Shown one piece after another: positions 41,401-51,453 of a stretch of 64,000 bases of DNA. Origin of the DNA: Rubripirellula sp. (GTDB lineage: Bacteria; Planctomycetota; Planctomycetia; Pirellulales; Pirellulaceae); the NCBI GenBank assembly GCA_965216875.1, contig OZ244207.1, positions 2,048,001 to 2,112,000 on the forward strand. Direction: 5' to 3'. Within the stretch, counting starts at the first letter, position 1, and the number at the start of each line of letters is the position of its first letter. The notes beneath the pieces are model-generated. The model did no database searches. It saw only the letters and a list, made by a program, of their open reading frames with translations, and was not told the DNA's origin. A program made the translations under genes and the position numbers.

Positions 41401-42578
41401 ATGTCGTAATCGACGCTCAGCGTTGGGGCGTCTGGGACACCTGTCGTGTGACTCGCAGCCCAGGCTTCAGGGGCGGCACGATACTGCTCAAATTGGTCCT
41501 CGAGGTGGTAGAGCGTTGGCCAGCTTTGGACGTCACCGACGACAAGGTAGGGGCCGCGTTGATCGGCGTAACCACTGATGTCTTCACGAGCCATCCAATG
41601 CACCATCGCGAAGCACGCAAAGAAGACGACGCCACTGGTCGAAACTTTCTGAAGCGCTTTTTGCCAGTACTGGGACTCGTCCCGCTCAGAGCGAAACAGT
41701 CGGTCACGTCCGACGAAGACGAGCACTTGGATGGTTCCCGCGATAATCGCAAACCACTGCGCGTAGTGGTTTAGTTGGATTTCATCGCCGGTACGTGAGG
41801 TATTGGATTTCCCGTTCCCCAAAAAGACTGCAACCGAAACCAAGAGCGAGACAAGAAAGAGCGTTAGCCCAATGCGGCTGATCGTTAGCTGGCGTGGTGA
41901 TTCGCGGAACCACCCGAAGACGGTTGCCAGCGCCCAGCCAACACCCACAATCAACGGAGGATAGAAAGCGATTGCGAGTTCGCCACCGAAGCGAAAGTCG
42001 AGCACGTTGTGCAGCATGATCCGAAACATCGGATCGTCGAAGGAACGCCAAAAGAGCGCGAGGAGTGTTGCGATGAACCCGGCTAAGCCGATGATCACGA
42101 GCGCACTTAATAATACGGACCACAGAAAGCTGGGAGCAATCGATATTCGGTTTGCCAAGTAGCGTCCGACGCCGTTGAGCCGGCCGCTGTCCACTTTGCC
42201 AGTCTTCGAGCAACGCCCCATCATCCAGCGAGCAAGCGTTCCTTGGCTGGATGTTTCGTCGTCGTGAAAGCCGTCCGACTTGTCACGTGATTCTTGCTTC
42301 GCGCGCGTTGCGAGATGGGCAGCGATGTAGCCGCCGCCGGAAACGCTACAAAGGAAGTCGACGTAGCGAAGCAGCCCCGAGTGAGAAAGGCCCTGCAAAA
42401 ACCCATCATTGAACATGGCGGATCGCAGACCACCGCCAGAAAGCGAGAGTCCCACCAGGTTGTCTGGACGCTGCGTATCGTCCTCGGCCGCTTGCTTTTC
42501 TGGGAACGCGTTTGCTCGGCGTTCGTGGACCCGTTTCCACTCCGCTTCGCGGTATTCGTCGGGCAGAGACTCGGTCAT
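38496..42578 (-). CDS. Large membrane-integral patatin/cPLA2-like phospholipase
   Basis: LSLSGGGLRSA oxyanion motif, SVSGGG nucleophile, ISGAA, DGGFYDYLG catalytic Asp, FPDEPTTNQFY; multiple TM helices. Confidence 0.88.
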   Translation of the reverse strand: MTESLPDEYREAEWKRVHERRANAFPEKQAAEDDTQRPDNLVGLSLSGGGLRSAMFNDGFLQGLSHSGLLRYVDFLCSVSGGGYIAAHLATRAKQESRDKSDGFHDDETSSQGTLARWMMGRCSKTGKVDSGRLNGVGRYLANRISIAPSFLWSVLLSALVIIGLAGFIATLLALFWRSFDDPMFRIMLHNVLDFRFGGELAIAFYPPLIVGVGWALATVFGWFRESPRQLTISRIGLTLFLVSLLVSVAVFLGNGKSNTSRTGDEIQLNHYAQWFAIIAGTIQVLVFVGRDRLFRSERDESQYWQKALQKVSTSGVVFFACFAMVHWMAREDISGYADQRGPYLVVGDVQSWPTLYHLEDQFEQYRAAPEAWAASHTTGVPDAPTLSVDYDIAKAPINYGDDWSQHQRVNVLVPLRDGVPTYTKSDPPSPVSAAEQARIGKDQVEPWSFWRRMAACSEAYLRTRFTPDDDVAKDYFEDVDKHDAQTIRHYHLIAHHRRNLHRAYLNTFNELLHHPDFPGFLEQYRSKDSSKADLAAVPILRQPLGGDDFDAKRKIAESSRSKLETYFEGVIQDRTVASTLIVPPHDQAVRWRWLLGWWTLFCIGVCLSVVRNQTITIYAYYRDRIARLFLSSTQSGSAAYDGSTPLHEFEPTRDGLPHPLYLAARMTPCVIQGSYHVRSRPFVFSPVYCGDGDHVDSIYETSKIQLPGVGRTPLTVSDAVTISGAAVTPLMTDTRALSIILSFFGDGLGQWLIRCKDADSRRASLVAAIRSTPVAGTFACAGLFASLFFGWYWFGITFSLFLIALLTAVAYFVGVNHWSGICQFLRSILQPIDITDTDSSRAERPRAYAANLAQTESMGHVADGGFYDYLGVTELFRRKCRLIIVSDAGANLGNNPLAPLARMCTTAASQYGVKILDLDHDAPIDFGRLAVDKSNSEEKVVHQPYIVARIRYEDGSTGLLVYCQMAITQSDPIDIQQIRHRFPSFPDEPTTNQFYTDDQVAAYRNLGHHIASRVCSELVRWDAREYTQFSDEDTRTQPMFDVIKDRVLTGYRLACHQEQSYSTEDLFSEAIWSTPATNADSFDRWIHDHLFLPKLEPYESLTEHWLRAYEANGDVRAHYRHAVLRDINPIEDQIGSECAKLWQRIRELRSQLDESHHEDVKDRELLSAHLAAVAVACHEVHQGRPKAIFQVGGRAKLISLVQTLRDNFLNLDDDCDEPQMLTRLYRPADEAELRTQLKSCMTEIIEMEKCTFQGSERVTTVSFAQCATMMWGQLVKEQELVDYDSSFGNVAQRISTKGREMAASSVRIDLEKGLRKRELDQVLNSLESGFCLTFLPAEMLRPAGETPAQSKRSGRIKAR

Positions 42579-42830
42579 GTATTGGCACCCCATCGCGTTG
42601 GTAACGTCGACTACCCCCGATGATAGTGACACGGCGCTGGGGCAACCTAGTGTTCAAACGTATTTGGCGAGATGTGACAATTAGGTGAGCCTTGGCGAAT
42701 AGCGAGTGATGATGCAACCGAAAAGGTTGTGAGCCTCTCGCCGCTGTCGTTTGTAACTCCGGGCATCAGCTGGAATCTTTGCGCAAGCCGCGCAAAGGCT
42801 GGGTGACGATCGGCAAGCACCGAACGCCAC

Positions 42831-43571
42831 TCACCATTCGCCCGTTTGGCCAAACTTCTTATGCGTCGCATCGGAGAACGCCTTTGCGGCCGCATTGAGT
42901 TTGGCGACGGCCTCGGGCGTCGGAAGCCCCGCGCAGCTGCGGGCTGCGGCGATCACGGTGTTGCATTCGTTCTCGTCCATGAACAACGACGCTTCCAGCA
43001 AACGGGCCTCGTCCTCTTCGGGCACAGCGAGGAATCCGTGTTTGTCGGCATGAATCAACTGTCCTGGTTTGATCGTGCGTCCGAAGACTTCGACTTCACA
43101 ATCCCATCGCACTGGAACAACGTGCGCATGGCCAACCGACAAGCGTTGTGCGAGTGCCTTGAATCCGGCATTGGTCATCTCGTCCACATCGCGAATCGAG
43201 CCGTCCGTGATGGTGCCAACACAACCAAGCGCGCGGTGCAAGTTGCTGTTCACTTCACCCCAAAAGGATCCGAGCACTTTGGGTTTGTCCAAATCCTGCA
43301 CAACGACAATCTTGGGGCCAGGGGCGTTTGCGACGTATTCGCGGTAGGCTGCTCCCGGCTTCTTTTCTTTGTGTGCCGCATTGGACGGTTCGATCACGAC
43401 GGTCACGGCATAACCGACCATGGGCCCCATCTGAGGCATGAAATCGTTCGTCTCTTCGAGGTTGAATCCGTCGTGGGCGATGTCGCTTGAAGTGATCTGC
43501 TCCCAACCGTTGTAGATCGTGGGAGTGTTCCAGCGTTTGAGTTTCAAGAGGTCAGAGTGGGACAGTGGCAT
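42831..43571 (-). CDS. RraA family / HMG-CHA aldolase-like protein
   Basis: MVGYAVT, WGEVN, GTITDGSIRD, PGQLIHADKHG. Confidence 0.9.
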   Translation of the reverse strand: MPLSHSDLLKLKRWNTPTIYNGWEQITSSDIAHDGFNLEETNDFMPQMGPMVGYAVTVVIEPSNAAHKEKKPGAAYREYVANAPGPKIVVVQDLDKPKVLGSFWGEVNSNLHRALGCVGTITDGSIRDVDEMTNAGFKALAQRLSVGHAHVVPVRWDCEVEVFGRTIKPGQLIHADKHGFLAVPEEDEARLLEASLFMDENECNTVIAAARSCAGLPTPEAVAKLNAAAKAFSDATHKKFGQTGEW

Positions 43572-43580
43572 CGGAGAGAC

Positions 43581-44867
43581 TTAGGCGGGTGGGGAAAGGA
43601 GTGATTTGTCGGCGTATGCATCTCGCAGAATCTGCATCGTGTGACGAACGCCAATGGATTGGTTCGAATCGGAGTTGAGATGGTTGCCAATTTGGGTCAA
43701 ACAACCGATGTTTCCGGTCGCAACGAGATCGGCGCTGGTCGCGCGAATGCACTCCGCTTTTTGCTGACCAAGTGAGGCTGCGACTTCGGGTTGGTCGATG
43801 TTGTAAGTGCCAGCGGAGCCACAACAGAGATGCCCCTGGGCGATCTCGACAACCTCTGCGCCAGGAATCGAAGCGAGCAACCCGCGTGGTTCGCTGCGAA
43901 CACCTTGCGCATTGGCCAAGTGGCACGCATCGTGATAGGCAATCCGAACAGCTTGGGACTGGGGCGGGATTTCAACGAGCTCACCCAAACGCGCAAGTAG
44001 TTGCGAAACGTCGCAGACAAGACTTGCGAACTTCGCCGCTTTTGCTTCGTCCGCTGTTCCCTTCAAAACCAAGCCGTATTCATGCATTCCAGACCCGCAA
44101 CCCGCAGCGTTGGTGACGATCGCATCGACGTCGAGTGGAAAGGCTTCCAAGTTCTGTCTTGCGAAGGCCTGCGCCTGCTTGAGGTTACCGACGTGCCAAG
44201 AAAGCGCGCCGCAACAGCCTTGGGTTCTCGGCACGATCACTTCGACACCATTGCGTGTTAGCACGTCGATCGTTGCCGTGTTGATGTCGGGATCGAGCAC
44301 ACTTTGCGCACAACCGGTCAATAGGGCGACTCTAGCGCGACGTTCGCCCTGCGGTGAATAGGTTTCGTTCCAACTTTGCTTGGCAGGAATGGATTCGGGA
44401 AGCAGCGAAAGCATCACTCGCAGTTGCTTGGGCAGCAAACCTGCAAACGGCTTTGCGAGTCTTCCTGACAACGCTGCCATTCGAAAACGGCTTGGGTAGG
44501 GCAGGGTGCTTTGGGCGAGGAACCGAACGACTCTTTGGATCAGTGGGCGACGGCGCTGAGGTTCCTGCAAAGCCCGGAAAGGACTGATTAGATCGCGATA
44601 CGGCACGCCTGAGGGGCAAGCGGGTTCGCACGCCAAGCAGCCGAGGCAGGTGTCGAGGTGGTCCGTCGCTGCGTCGAGCGGCATCGTGCCTTCAAGCACC
44701 TCTTTCATCAAGACGATGCGGCCGCGTGGAGTGTCGGTCTCCTGCCCAAGTTCTTGGTAGGTAGGGCAAGCAGCCAGGCAGAACCCGCAGTGCACACAGG
44801 TGCTGACTGCGGCGGCCATGTCTTCGCCGAGAGGTCCATGATGTTGCGGATCAATGTCGTGTTGCAT
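43581..44867 (-). CDS. glcF: Glycolate oxidase iron-sulfur subunit
   Basis: CVHCGFCLAACP and CLGCLACEPACP 4Fe-4S motifs, two CCG domains, YHDACHL. Confidence 0.93.
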   Translation of the reverse strand: MQHDIDPQHHGPLGEDMAAAVSTCVHCGFCLAACPTYQELGQETDTPRGRIVLMKEVLEGTMPLDAATDHLDTCLGCLACEPACPSGVPYRDLISPFRALQEPQRRRPLIQRVVRFLAQSTLPYPSRFRMAALSGRLAKPFAGLLPKQLRVMLSLLPESIPAKQSWNETYSPQGERRARVALLTGCAQSVLDPDINTATIDVLTRNGVEVIVPRTQGCCGALSWHVGNLKQAQAFARQNLEAFPLDVDAIVTNAAGCGSGMHEYGLVLKGTADEAKAAKFASLVCDVSQLLARLGELVEIPPQSQAVRIAYHDACHLANAQGVRSEPRGLLASIPGAEVVEIAQGHLCCGSAGTYNIDQPEVAASLGQQKAECIRATSADLVATGNIGCLTQIGNHLNSDSNQSIGVRHTMQILRDAYADKSLLSPPA

Positions 44868-44884
44868 CGTATTTTGAATGCTGC

Positions 44885-45973
44885 CTAAATCGGCAAGAAC
44901 TTTGCTTGAGGATCGATCGCGTTCTTAATGCCCTTTGCGATCACGCTCTCATTCCGTTTCCCGAGCCAATGAACGTGAGTGTCGCCACGTACAACCAATC
45001 CTTGAAGGCCTTCGGCGGCAAGCAATGGATCAAGGTCTTGCAGAGCAGATTCCGTTGAAGTCGCCGCCCAAACCACTGCCCCGCCAACACTCACATGCGT
45101 TTGCACGTCACCAAGCGACTCAAGTTTGTCGACAAGCTGCGGAAAACTGGCTGGACTTGACGGAATCTTGACGACGAATGGATCTGCAGCGGCAAAGGAG
45201 AGTTCAATGACTTCGTTCCAATAGGCAGCGGCTTCATCGTCAGCAACGGGCGACAAGGTCAACCCGATCTGTTGCTCGACGTCCGCGGCGATCGGCGCGA
45301 TCGATTCGTGCGGGCCACTGAAGCGCACCATGACCTCTTCGTTGCGGAAGTCGACGGCATCAGGTTCCCAACGGCCGCGTCCGATTTGCTGCATCATGCT
45401 CGCGGCAGTTTTTGCGCTGTCGCACCGAATCTTGAAGCTTCGAGAGGCGGGAGCAACGGGGAAAACTTTGAAGGTCAGATCCACGATCAAACCGTAGCGG
45501 CCAATCGATCCGACGAGCAGTTTGGGAATATCAAAGCCGGCCGCGTTCTTGACGACTTTACCGCCGACACGCACGAGATGGCCATCGCTGGTAAGCAAGT
45601 GTGCACCGAGCAAAAAGTCTCGCAACCCTCCGTATCGAAAGCGACCTGGGCCAGACAATCCAGCGCAAACGGTGCCGGCGAGTGTTGCGCCACCGTCAAC
45701 CAGCATCGGGTCAAAGGGAAGGTATTGTCCTTTGTCCCGAAGTACGTCGATGACTTCACGAAGCGTCGTACCAGCTTTTGCGGTGAAAGTGAACTCGGAG
45801 GGTTCGTATTCGACGATACCTCGGTAGTTACTCGTCGAAACGTAGATCGCGTTGGAATCGCCCGCGTGGCTGAGCGCCGGTTTGGTCCGGTTGCCAACAG
45901 GCACGACGACAGTTGATTCAGCGACGATCGACGTGATCGCATCGAGTGAATCGGGTTCCTGCATTTCACTCAC
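44885..45973 (-). CDS. glcE: Glycolate oxidase FAD-binding subunit
   Basis: [41 protein letters not shown]; lies between glcD and glcF. Confidence 0.93.
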   Translation of the reverse strand: MSEMQEPDSLDAITSIVAESTVVVPVGNRTKPALSHAGDSNAIYVSTSNYRGIVEYEPSEFTFTAKAGTTLREVIDVLRDKGQYLPFDPMLVDGGATLAGTVCAGLSGPGRFRYGGLRDFLLGAHLLTSDGHLVRVGGKVVKNAAGFDIPKLLVGSIGRYGLIVDLTFKVFPVAPASRSFKIRCDSAKTAASMMQQIGRGRWEPDAVDFRNEEVMVRFSGPHESIAPIAADVEQQIGLTLSPVADDEAAAYWNEVIELSFAAADPFVVKIPSSPASFPQLVDKLESLGDVQTHVSVGGAVVWAATSTESALQDLDPLLAAEGLQGLVVRGDTHVHWLGKRNESVIAKGIKNAIDPQAKFLPI

Positions 45974-47405
45974 GCGAGATCACTCCCGCCTCTTCCAGAG
46001 GATGCAATCCCGTCATCGAAAGTGACGGCGCCTCTTTTCCAGGGAACATTTTGCCCGGATTGCCGATTCGCTTGGGGTCGAATGCCAGACGAAGCCGATC
46101 CATCAGCGCAATCGTCGGCTCATCAAACATCTCTGGCAAATAGTCGCGTTTTTCCATTCCAACGCCATGTTCGCCTGTGATGGAGCCGCCCATTTCGACG
46201 CACATCTTCAGCAACTTGCCAGCGAGCGCTTCGGCGCGATGGAGTGCGCCAGGAATCGTGCCGTCGAACATGATTAACGGGTGCAGGTTTCCATCGCCGG
46301 CATGAAACACGTTCGCTACTCGGATGTCGGCTTCACGAGACATCTGTTCGATTCGCTCGAGCGCTTCACCGAGTCGCTTTCGTGGAACGACACCATCTTG
46401 AACCAGGAAGTCGGGACTCAGTCTGCCGACTGCTGAAAAGGCCGACTTGCGTCCGCGCCAAATCGAAAGGCGATCTTCGGCGTCGACCGCGACACGCTGG
46501 GCAAAGTGGTCGGTTGTGGCAAGGATTTTGGCGAGCTGCTCTTTCTCGTGTTCAATCTTTTCACGTGGACCCTCCAGTTCAACGATCAAGACCGCCGCGG
46601 CGCCGGGCGGGTATCCACACGCAACAGCAGCCTCGGCCGCTTCAATCGCGAGCGCGTCCATGATCTCGAGTGCACCCGGCAGCAGACCAGCGTCGATCAC
46701 TGCCGAGACCGCGTCACCAGCGGCTCGCAAACTCTTATAGCCAACGAGCACCGTGTGGAACATCTCGGGCTTGGGAAGTAGCCGTAGCGTGACTTCGAGG
46801 GCGATCCCGAAAAGACCTTCGCTGCCACAAAACAAGCCGGTGTAGTCGGGACCGATCGATTCGACCGAGTCGCCTCCGAAGTTGACCACTTCGCCACTGG
46901 CGAGAACAGCTTTGATGCCCAAGACATGGTTCGCGGTCATACCGTACTTCAAGCAGTGTGCGCCGCCGGAGTTGAAGGCGACGTTTCCACCAATAGTGCA
47001 GATCGTTTGGCTTGAAGGGTCGGGGGCATAGTACAAACCATGGGGTGACGCCGCATCAGTAACGTGGTTGTTGATCACGCCCGGTTGAACCACGGCGACG
47101 CGATCATCAGGATCGACCCGAAGGATCTTGTTCAGTCGGTTGAGTGCGATGACGATGCCACCAGCGACAGGCAAGGAACCTCCCGAGAGACTCGTTCCGC
47201 TGCCGCGCGCGACAAAGGGGACTGCGTGATCGTGGCACCAACGTACGGCGGCAACGGTTTCGTCAGCGGTTTCGGGGATCACCACGGCAAGTGGCTTTTC
47301 GCGGAACGCCGTTAAACCGTCCGACTCAAATGCAGCACGAAACGCATCGTCTTTGACGAAGCGTTTTGCTGGAAATATCTCGGCCAGACCGCTTAGATCA
47401 GTCAC
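45966..47405 (-). CDS. glcD: Glycolate oxidase FAD-linked subunit
   Basis: [46 protein letters not shown]. Confidence 0.94.
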   Translation of the reverse strand: MTDLSGLAEIFPAKRFVKDDAFRAAFESDGLTAFREKPLAVVIPETADETVAAVRWCHDHAVPFVARGSGTSLSGGSLPVAGGIVIALNRLNKILRVDPDDRVAVVQPGVINNHVTDAASPHGLYYAPDPSSQTICTIGGNVAFNSGGAHCLKYGMTANHVLGIKAVLASGEVVNFGGDSVESIGPDYTGLFCGSEGLFGIALEVTLRLLPKPEMFHTVLVGYKSLRAAGDAVSAVIDAGLLPGALEIMDALAIEAAEAAVACGYPPGAAAVLIVELEGPREKIEHEKEQLAKILATTDHFAQRVAVDAEDRLSIWRGRKSAFSAVGRLSPDFLVQDGVVPRKRLGEALERIEQMSREADIRVANVFHAGDGNLHPLIMFDGTIPGALHRAEALAGKLLKMCVEMGGSITGEHGVGMEKRDYLPEMFDEPTIALMDRLRLAFDPKRIGNPGKMFPGKEAPSLSMTGLHPLEEAGVISRE

Positions 47406-47415
47406 TCGTTTCGCT

Positions 47416-48528
47416 TCAGCTCAAACAATCTTTCAGGGCAGCAAGCAAAGTCGTCACGTTGCGTTTGGTCGCTGAATCGCCCATCAAACCAATCCGCCAT
47501 GCTTTACCAGCGAAGACGCCCAGTCCGCCACCGATTTCAATGTCGTACTCTTCGAGCAATCGACGTCGCACCGCGGCTTCGTCGATTCCTTCAGGAACGG
47601 AGACGCAGTTGAGTGTGCAAAGCGAATTCTTGGGAATGTACTTTAGTCCCAGTTCTTCCAAGCCGGCTCGCAGTAGCTTGTGCATCTCTTCGTGGCGACG
47701 CACACGGTTTTCGATGCCCTCTTCGACAATGATCGAAAGCGCCTCGCGGAGTGCATAAACCATGTTGATCGGCGCGGTGTGGTGGTAAGCCCGTCCACCA
47801 CCGCCGGTGTAATAGTTCTTGAGCATCGAGACGTCCAAGTACCAGCTTTGCACCTTAGTCGTGCGTGCGTCCATCTTTTCGATTGCACGAGGTGAAAAGG
47901 AAACGGGGGATAGACCGGGAGGACATGAGAGGCATTTCTGTGTGCCGGAGTAAACGGCGTCGATGCCCCAATCGTCAACTTTGACTTCGTGACCGCCAAG
48001 CGAAGTGACCGTATCGACCGCAAGCAACATCCCGGCGTCGTGGACAATCTTTCCAACGTTGGTCAGGTCTTGATGTGCCCCGGTTGAGGTTTCAGCGTGA
48101 ACGACCCCCAGCACCTTCGCGTTGGGGTGCTTGCCAACTGCGTCGGCGATCATTTCATCGGTAAAGGTTTCGCCCCAAGGGACTTCGACAACGTGCACGG
48201 TCGCACCGGCTCGCTCCATGTTGTCTTTCATGCGTCCGCCGAAAACGCCGTTGATGCAGACGATGACTTCATCGCCAGGTTCAACGAGGTTCACGACGAT
48301 CGTTTCCATGCCCGCCATGCCGGTGCCCGAGACCGGAAAGGTCAATGCGTTCTCCGTCCCGTAAACCTGCCGCATCAATTGGCAAGCTTCGTCCATGTAT
48401 TCGATGTACTGTGGATCCAGATGTCCCAGTGTTGGCGCGCCGATGGCCCGCAGGATGCGTGCGGGAACGGTACTTGGGCCAGGCCCCATCAAGATGCGCT
48501 GGCGTGGATTGAGCGGAGAAACGGTCAT
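47416..48528 (-). CDS. Serine/alanine:glyoxylate aminotransferase (PLP class V)
   Basis: [34 protein letters not shown] (PLP Lys), YHHTAP, WRIGLMG. Confidence 0.93.
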   Translation of the reverse strand: MTVSPLNPRQRILMGPGPSTVPARILRAIGAPTLGHLDPQYIEYMDEACQLMRQVYGTENALTFPVSGTGMAGMETIVVNLVEPGDEVIVCINGVFGGRMKDNMERAGATVHVVEVPWGETFTDEMIADAVGKHPNAKVLGVVHAETSTGAHQDLTNVGKIVHDAGMLLAVDTVTSLGGHEVKVDDWGIDAVYSGTQKCLSCPPGLSPVSFSPRAIEKMDARTTKVQSWYLDVSMLKNYYTGGGGRAYHHTAPINMVYALREALSIIVEEGIENRVRRHEEMHKLLRAGLEELGLKYIPKNSLCTLNCVSVPEGIDEAAVRRRLLEEYDIEIGGGLGVFAGKAWRIGLMGDSATKRNVTTLLAALKDCLS

Positions 48529-48568
48529 AGCGTCTTCGGGTCGTAAGATAAATGGTTCGCGTGGGCTG

Positions 48569-50251
48569 CTATGCGAGGCAAATCCCCAACAAGCCAGCCA
48601 CAAGAATGTAATACAGAAAGACAAAAAATGTGATCCGTATCACGTCGCCCTCGCGGCCGATCAGCCCGACGACCGCACAGGCGGCAACAACGTTGTGGAC
48701 ACAAATCACGTTTCCAGCGGCACCGCCCACTGCCTGCAGCGCCACGACCCAGCGAGGGTCGGCACCGATATTCTGGGCAACGCCAAACTGAAAACTGCTG
48801 AACAGCATGTTCGAAATCGTGTTGCTGCCTGCGACAAACGCGCCCACACCGCCGATTGCGGGCGACACAGCGGGCCAAGCCTTTCCGACGATTGAGGAGA
48901 CTCCACTGGCCAATTCTTCGGGCATCGAGGCGAGTCCGGCTGCCCCGTCGCCCGAATTCAGGAAGACCTGCACCATCGGGACGGCAAAGATCAGTGCGAC
49001 CGACGCCGAAAGGATCATTCGCCAAGATTTGGTGACCGCTCGGCCAACCGAGGGAGCATCCATTCGATGAAGAAGAACGGTCAGAATACAAACGACGATG
49101 AAGATGGTGCCGGGGAGGAATAGGATCGATACCGGTTTGATTTCGACCGTCGAACCGAACACCGCAACCGTGGTTTGCGGATCGGTCGGCAAGGCAAAAC
49201 TTTTTAGCCAATTGCCAATCTCGAGCTGTGGCAGTCGCGTTAGCACCAACAGGGCGGCAATCAAAACGTAGGGCAGCCAGGCTTGCCAAAGCCGCAGGCT
49301 ACGTTTGGGGGCTTCAAACTTGATCTCGGTTGTACCGCTCCACGAAGCATCCCACTGCGCGGGCTCCGGAAAATCCCAGTGATCATTCTTGGGAAGCAAG
49401 AAGCGATTTTGCGCGGCCGGAATGACGATGGCGAGGCCAACAAGTGAGCCGAGCAGTGAAGGAAATTCAGGGCCAAGAGTGTTTGCGATGATCGCGTAGG
49501 GGATCGTCATGCAGAGCGAAGCAAACAACGCAAACTTCCAGATCGCAAGTCCATCACGAAAACTCCGATTGGCTCCGAAAAAGCGAGTCATCACGCAGAC
49601 AACCAACAGCGGAATGAGCGTTCCGCAGGTCGCATGAAGGATCGCGACTTTTCCTCCGATGATCGGTAGTAGTTCGGTCCAGGAGGCCATCCCCAGTCCC
49701 TCGGCATAGGCCTCGACCGCAGCGCTATCCTCAAGTCCGCCTTTGACTCCAACAAGGATCGGAGTTCCGACGGCGCCAAACGAAACGGGAGTGCATTGGA
49801 TGAGCATTCCAGACACAACAGCCGACTTGGCCGGAAATCCGAGGCCGACGAGAAGAGGCACGCAAACAGCAGCGGGAGTGCCGAAGCCTGCGGACCCTTC
49901 GATGAAAGAACCAAAAAGCCAAGCGATGATGATCACCTGAACCCGCCGGTCGTCACTGATGTTGGTGAAACCCTGACGTATGACCGAGAGCCCGCCACTC
50001 TCGCTGAGCGTGTTCAGCAAAAGGATCGCGCCAAAGATGATGTACAACAGCGTGAAGGTAATGACCAAGCCCTTGACCGAAGCGGCGGCGATTTGGGCAT
50101 AGCTCAATCTCCAATAAAAAAGCCCAACCAGCAGCGCCGTGACGTACGACAGAGGCATCGCCTTGGAGGCTGGAAAACGAAGGATCACCAGAAAGATCGC
50201 AACGACGACGATCGGCGAAAGAGCGACCAATGGAGCGAGCGTTTCGAACAT
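48569..50251 (-). CDS. lctP: L-lactate/glycolate permease (LctP/GlcA family)
   Basis: [39 protein letters not shown]. Confidence 0.93.
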   Translation of the reverse strand: MFETLAPLVALSPIVVVAIFLVILRFPASKAMPLSYVTALLVGLFYWRLSYAQIAAASVKGLVITFTLLYIIFGAILLLNTLSESGGLSVIRQGFTNISDDRRVQVIIIAWLFGSFIEGSAGFGTPAAVCVPLLVGLGFPAKSAVVSGMLIQCTPVSFGAVGTPILVGVKGGLEDSAAVEAYAEGLGMASWTELLPIIGGKVAILHATCGTLIPLLVVCVMTRFFGANRSFRDGLAIWKFALFASLCMTIPYAIIANTLGPEFPSLLGSLVGLAIVIPAAQNRFLLPKNDHWDFPEPAQWDASWSGTTEIKFEAPKRSLRLWQAWLPYVLIAALLVLTRLPQLEIGNWLKSFALPTDPQTTVAVFGSTVEIKPVSILFLPGTIFIVVCILTVLLHRMDAPSVGRAVTKSWRMILSASVALIFAVPMVQVFLNSGDGAAGLASMPEELASGVSSIVGKAWPAVSPAIGGVGAFVAGSNTISNMLFSSFQFGVAQNIGADPRWVVALQAVGGAAGNVICVHNVVAACAVVGLIGREGDVIRITFFVFLYYILVAGLLGICLA

Positions 50252-50299
50252 AGTGACCCAATTCTTGAAAAGCGGCTTGCCCGATTCAGGCGGCGTTTT

Positions 50300-51280
50300 C
50301 TAGCGATCAAACTCGGGGTTAACGAGGTTGGGTGGGCGTTCACCTCGACAAGCCGCGAGACAATTCGCAACAGCCATGTTGCCCATCTTGGTGCGTGTCC
50401 CGATCGTTGCGCTGCCAAGGTGAGGTGCAACAACCGCGTTTTCTAGCGAATCGAGTTCAGGCTCTAATTGCGGCTCGCGTTCGTACACGTCAAGTCCCGC
50501 GCCTCCGTGTGGGTTGGCCTTGAGCCAATCGACGAGTGCTTTTTCATCGATCACCGGGCCGCGAGCCGTGTTGATGATTCGTGCAGTGGGTTTGAGTCGA
50601 GCCAGTTCCTCGCGTCCAATCAAATGCGTTGTTTCGTTGGTCAGTGCAACGTGGAGCGAAAGGAAGTCGCTCTCGGCAAGCACGTCGTCGAGCGAAGCGT
50701 ACGTTGCGTTGCACTCTTGTTCGACAGCTGCGTCAAGCTTGGATCGGCTCCAGTAAATCACGCGCATGTCAAAACCTGCGGCTCGTCGCGCAACCGCTTG
50801 TCCGATCCGCCCCATGCCGACGATTCCCAGTGTCGCGCCGCTGATATCAAGACCTAGCAATTGAAGCGGCCCCCATCCTTTCCAACTCTGCGACCTCACC
50901 ATCCGGTCGCCTTCGACGACGCGGCGTCCAGAGGCGAGCATCAACGCCAAAGCCATGTCTGCCGTTGAATCCGTCAAGACGCCGGGCGTGTTGGTCACGG
51001 GAATGGAACGCTGGGTGGCAGCGTCGACGTCGATGTTGTTAAAGCCGACAGCGAAATTCGCGATCACCTTGAGCTGAGGAAGTGCGTCCATCACCTCAGC
51101 GTCGATCGTGTCAGTCAATAGGCAAAGCAAGCCATCGGCGTCGCGTGCGCCGTCGATAATCTCTTGCTTTTCAAGGACACGGTCCTCAGCGTTGAATTGC
51201 AGGTCACTCGCCTGCTGCAAGCGTTTCATTGACTCGGGAGGGAGTTCACGAGTCAGAAAGATTCGAGGTCTGTCGGACAT
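50300..51280 (-). CDS. D-2-hydroxyacid dehydrogenase (glyoxylate/hydroxypyruvate reductase, GyaR-like)
   Basis: AVGFNNID, TNTPGVLT, GMGRIG, INTARG, DVYEREP, PHLGSAT. Confidence 0.93.
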   Translation of the reverse strand: MSDRPRIFLTRELPPESMKRLQQASDLQFNAEDRVLEKQEIIDGARDADGLLCLLTDTIDAEVMDALPQLKVIANFAVGFNNIDVDAATQRSIPVTNTPGVLTDSTADMALALMLASGRRVVEGDRMVRSQSWKGWGPLQLLGLDISGATLGIVGMGRIGQAVARRAAGFDMRVIYWSRSKLDAAVEQECNATYASLDDVLAESDFLSLHVALTNETTHLIGREELARLKPTARIINTARGPVIDEKALVDWLKANPHGGAGLDVYEREPQLEPELDSLENAVVAPHLGSATIGTRTKMGNMAVANCLAACRGERPPNLVNPEFDR

Positions 51281-51319
51281 AAAGTGAGACGAATCAGGCC
51301 AGGTGCGGGTCAAACGGAC

Positions 51320-51351
51320 AACATTGTAAGGCTGATCTGGCCGACAATGTT
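51320..51351 (-). promoter_or_regulatory. Candidate operator and -10 box of the glycolate operon
   Basis: AACATTGT-N16-ACAATGTT inverted repeat overlapping a minus-strand TACAAT (51323-51328), about 40 bp upstream of the first ATG. Confidence 0.4.
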
Positions 51352-51453
51352 CGGCTGAGCCCGTTTCGAAAGAATCTTCGGCTTCCAGCGCAAGCGGCGC
51401 GCTCCTTCACCTCGATTGAATCAAACCCAAGCGACCCGAGAACACAAGACACA

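Noticed and set aside
38496..42578. CBASS-type defence system built on the patatin gene
   Set aside because: No nucleotidyltransferase or other defence genes nearby, and the architecture differs from CapV.
42831..51280. Beta-hydroxyaspartate cycle (bhcABCD)
   Set aside because: Only a BhcA-like aminotransferase is present; no dehydratase, PLP aldolase or iminosuccinate reductase.
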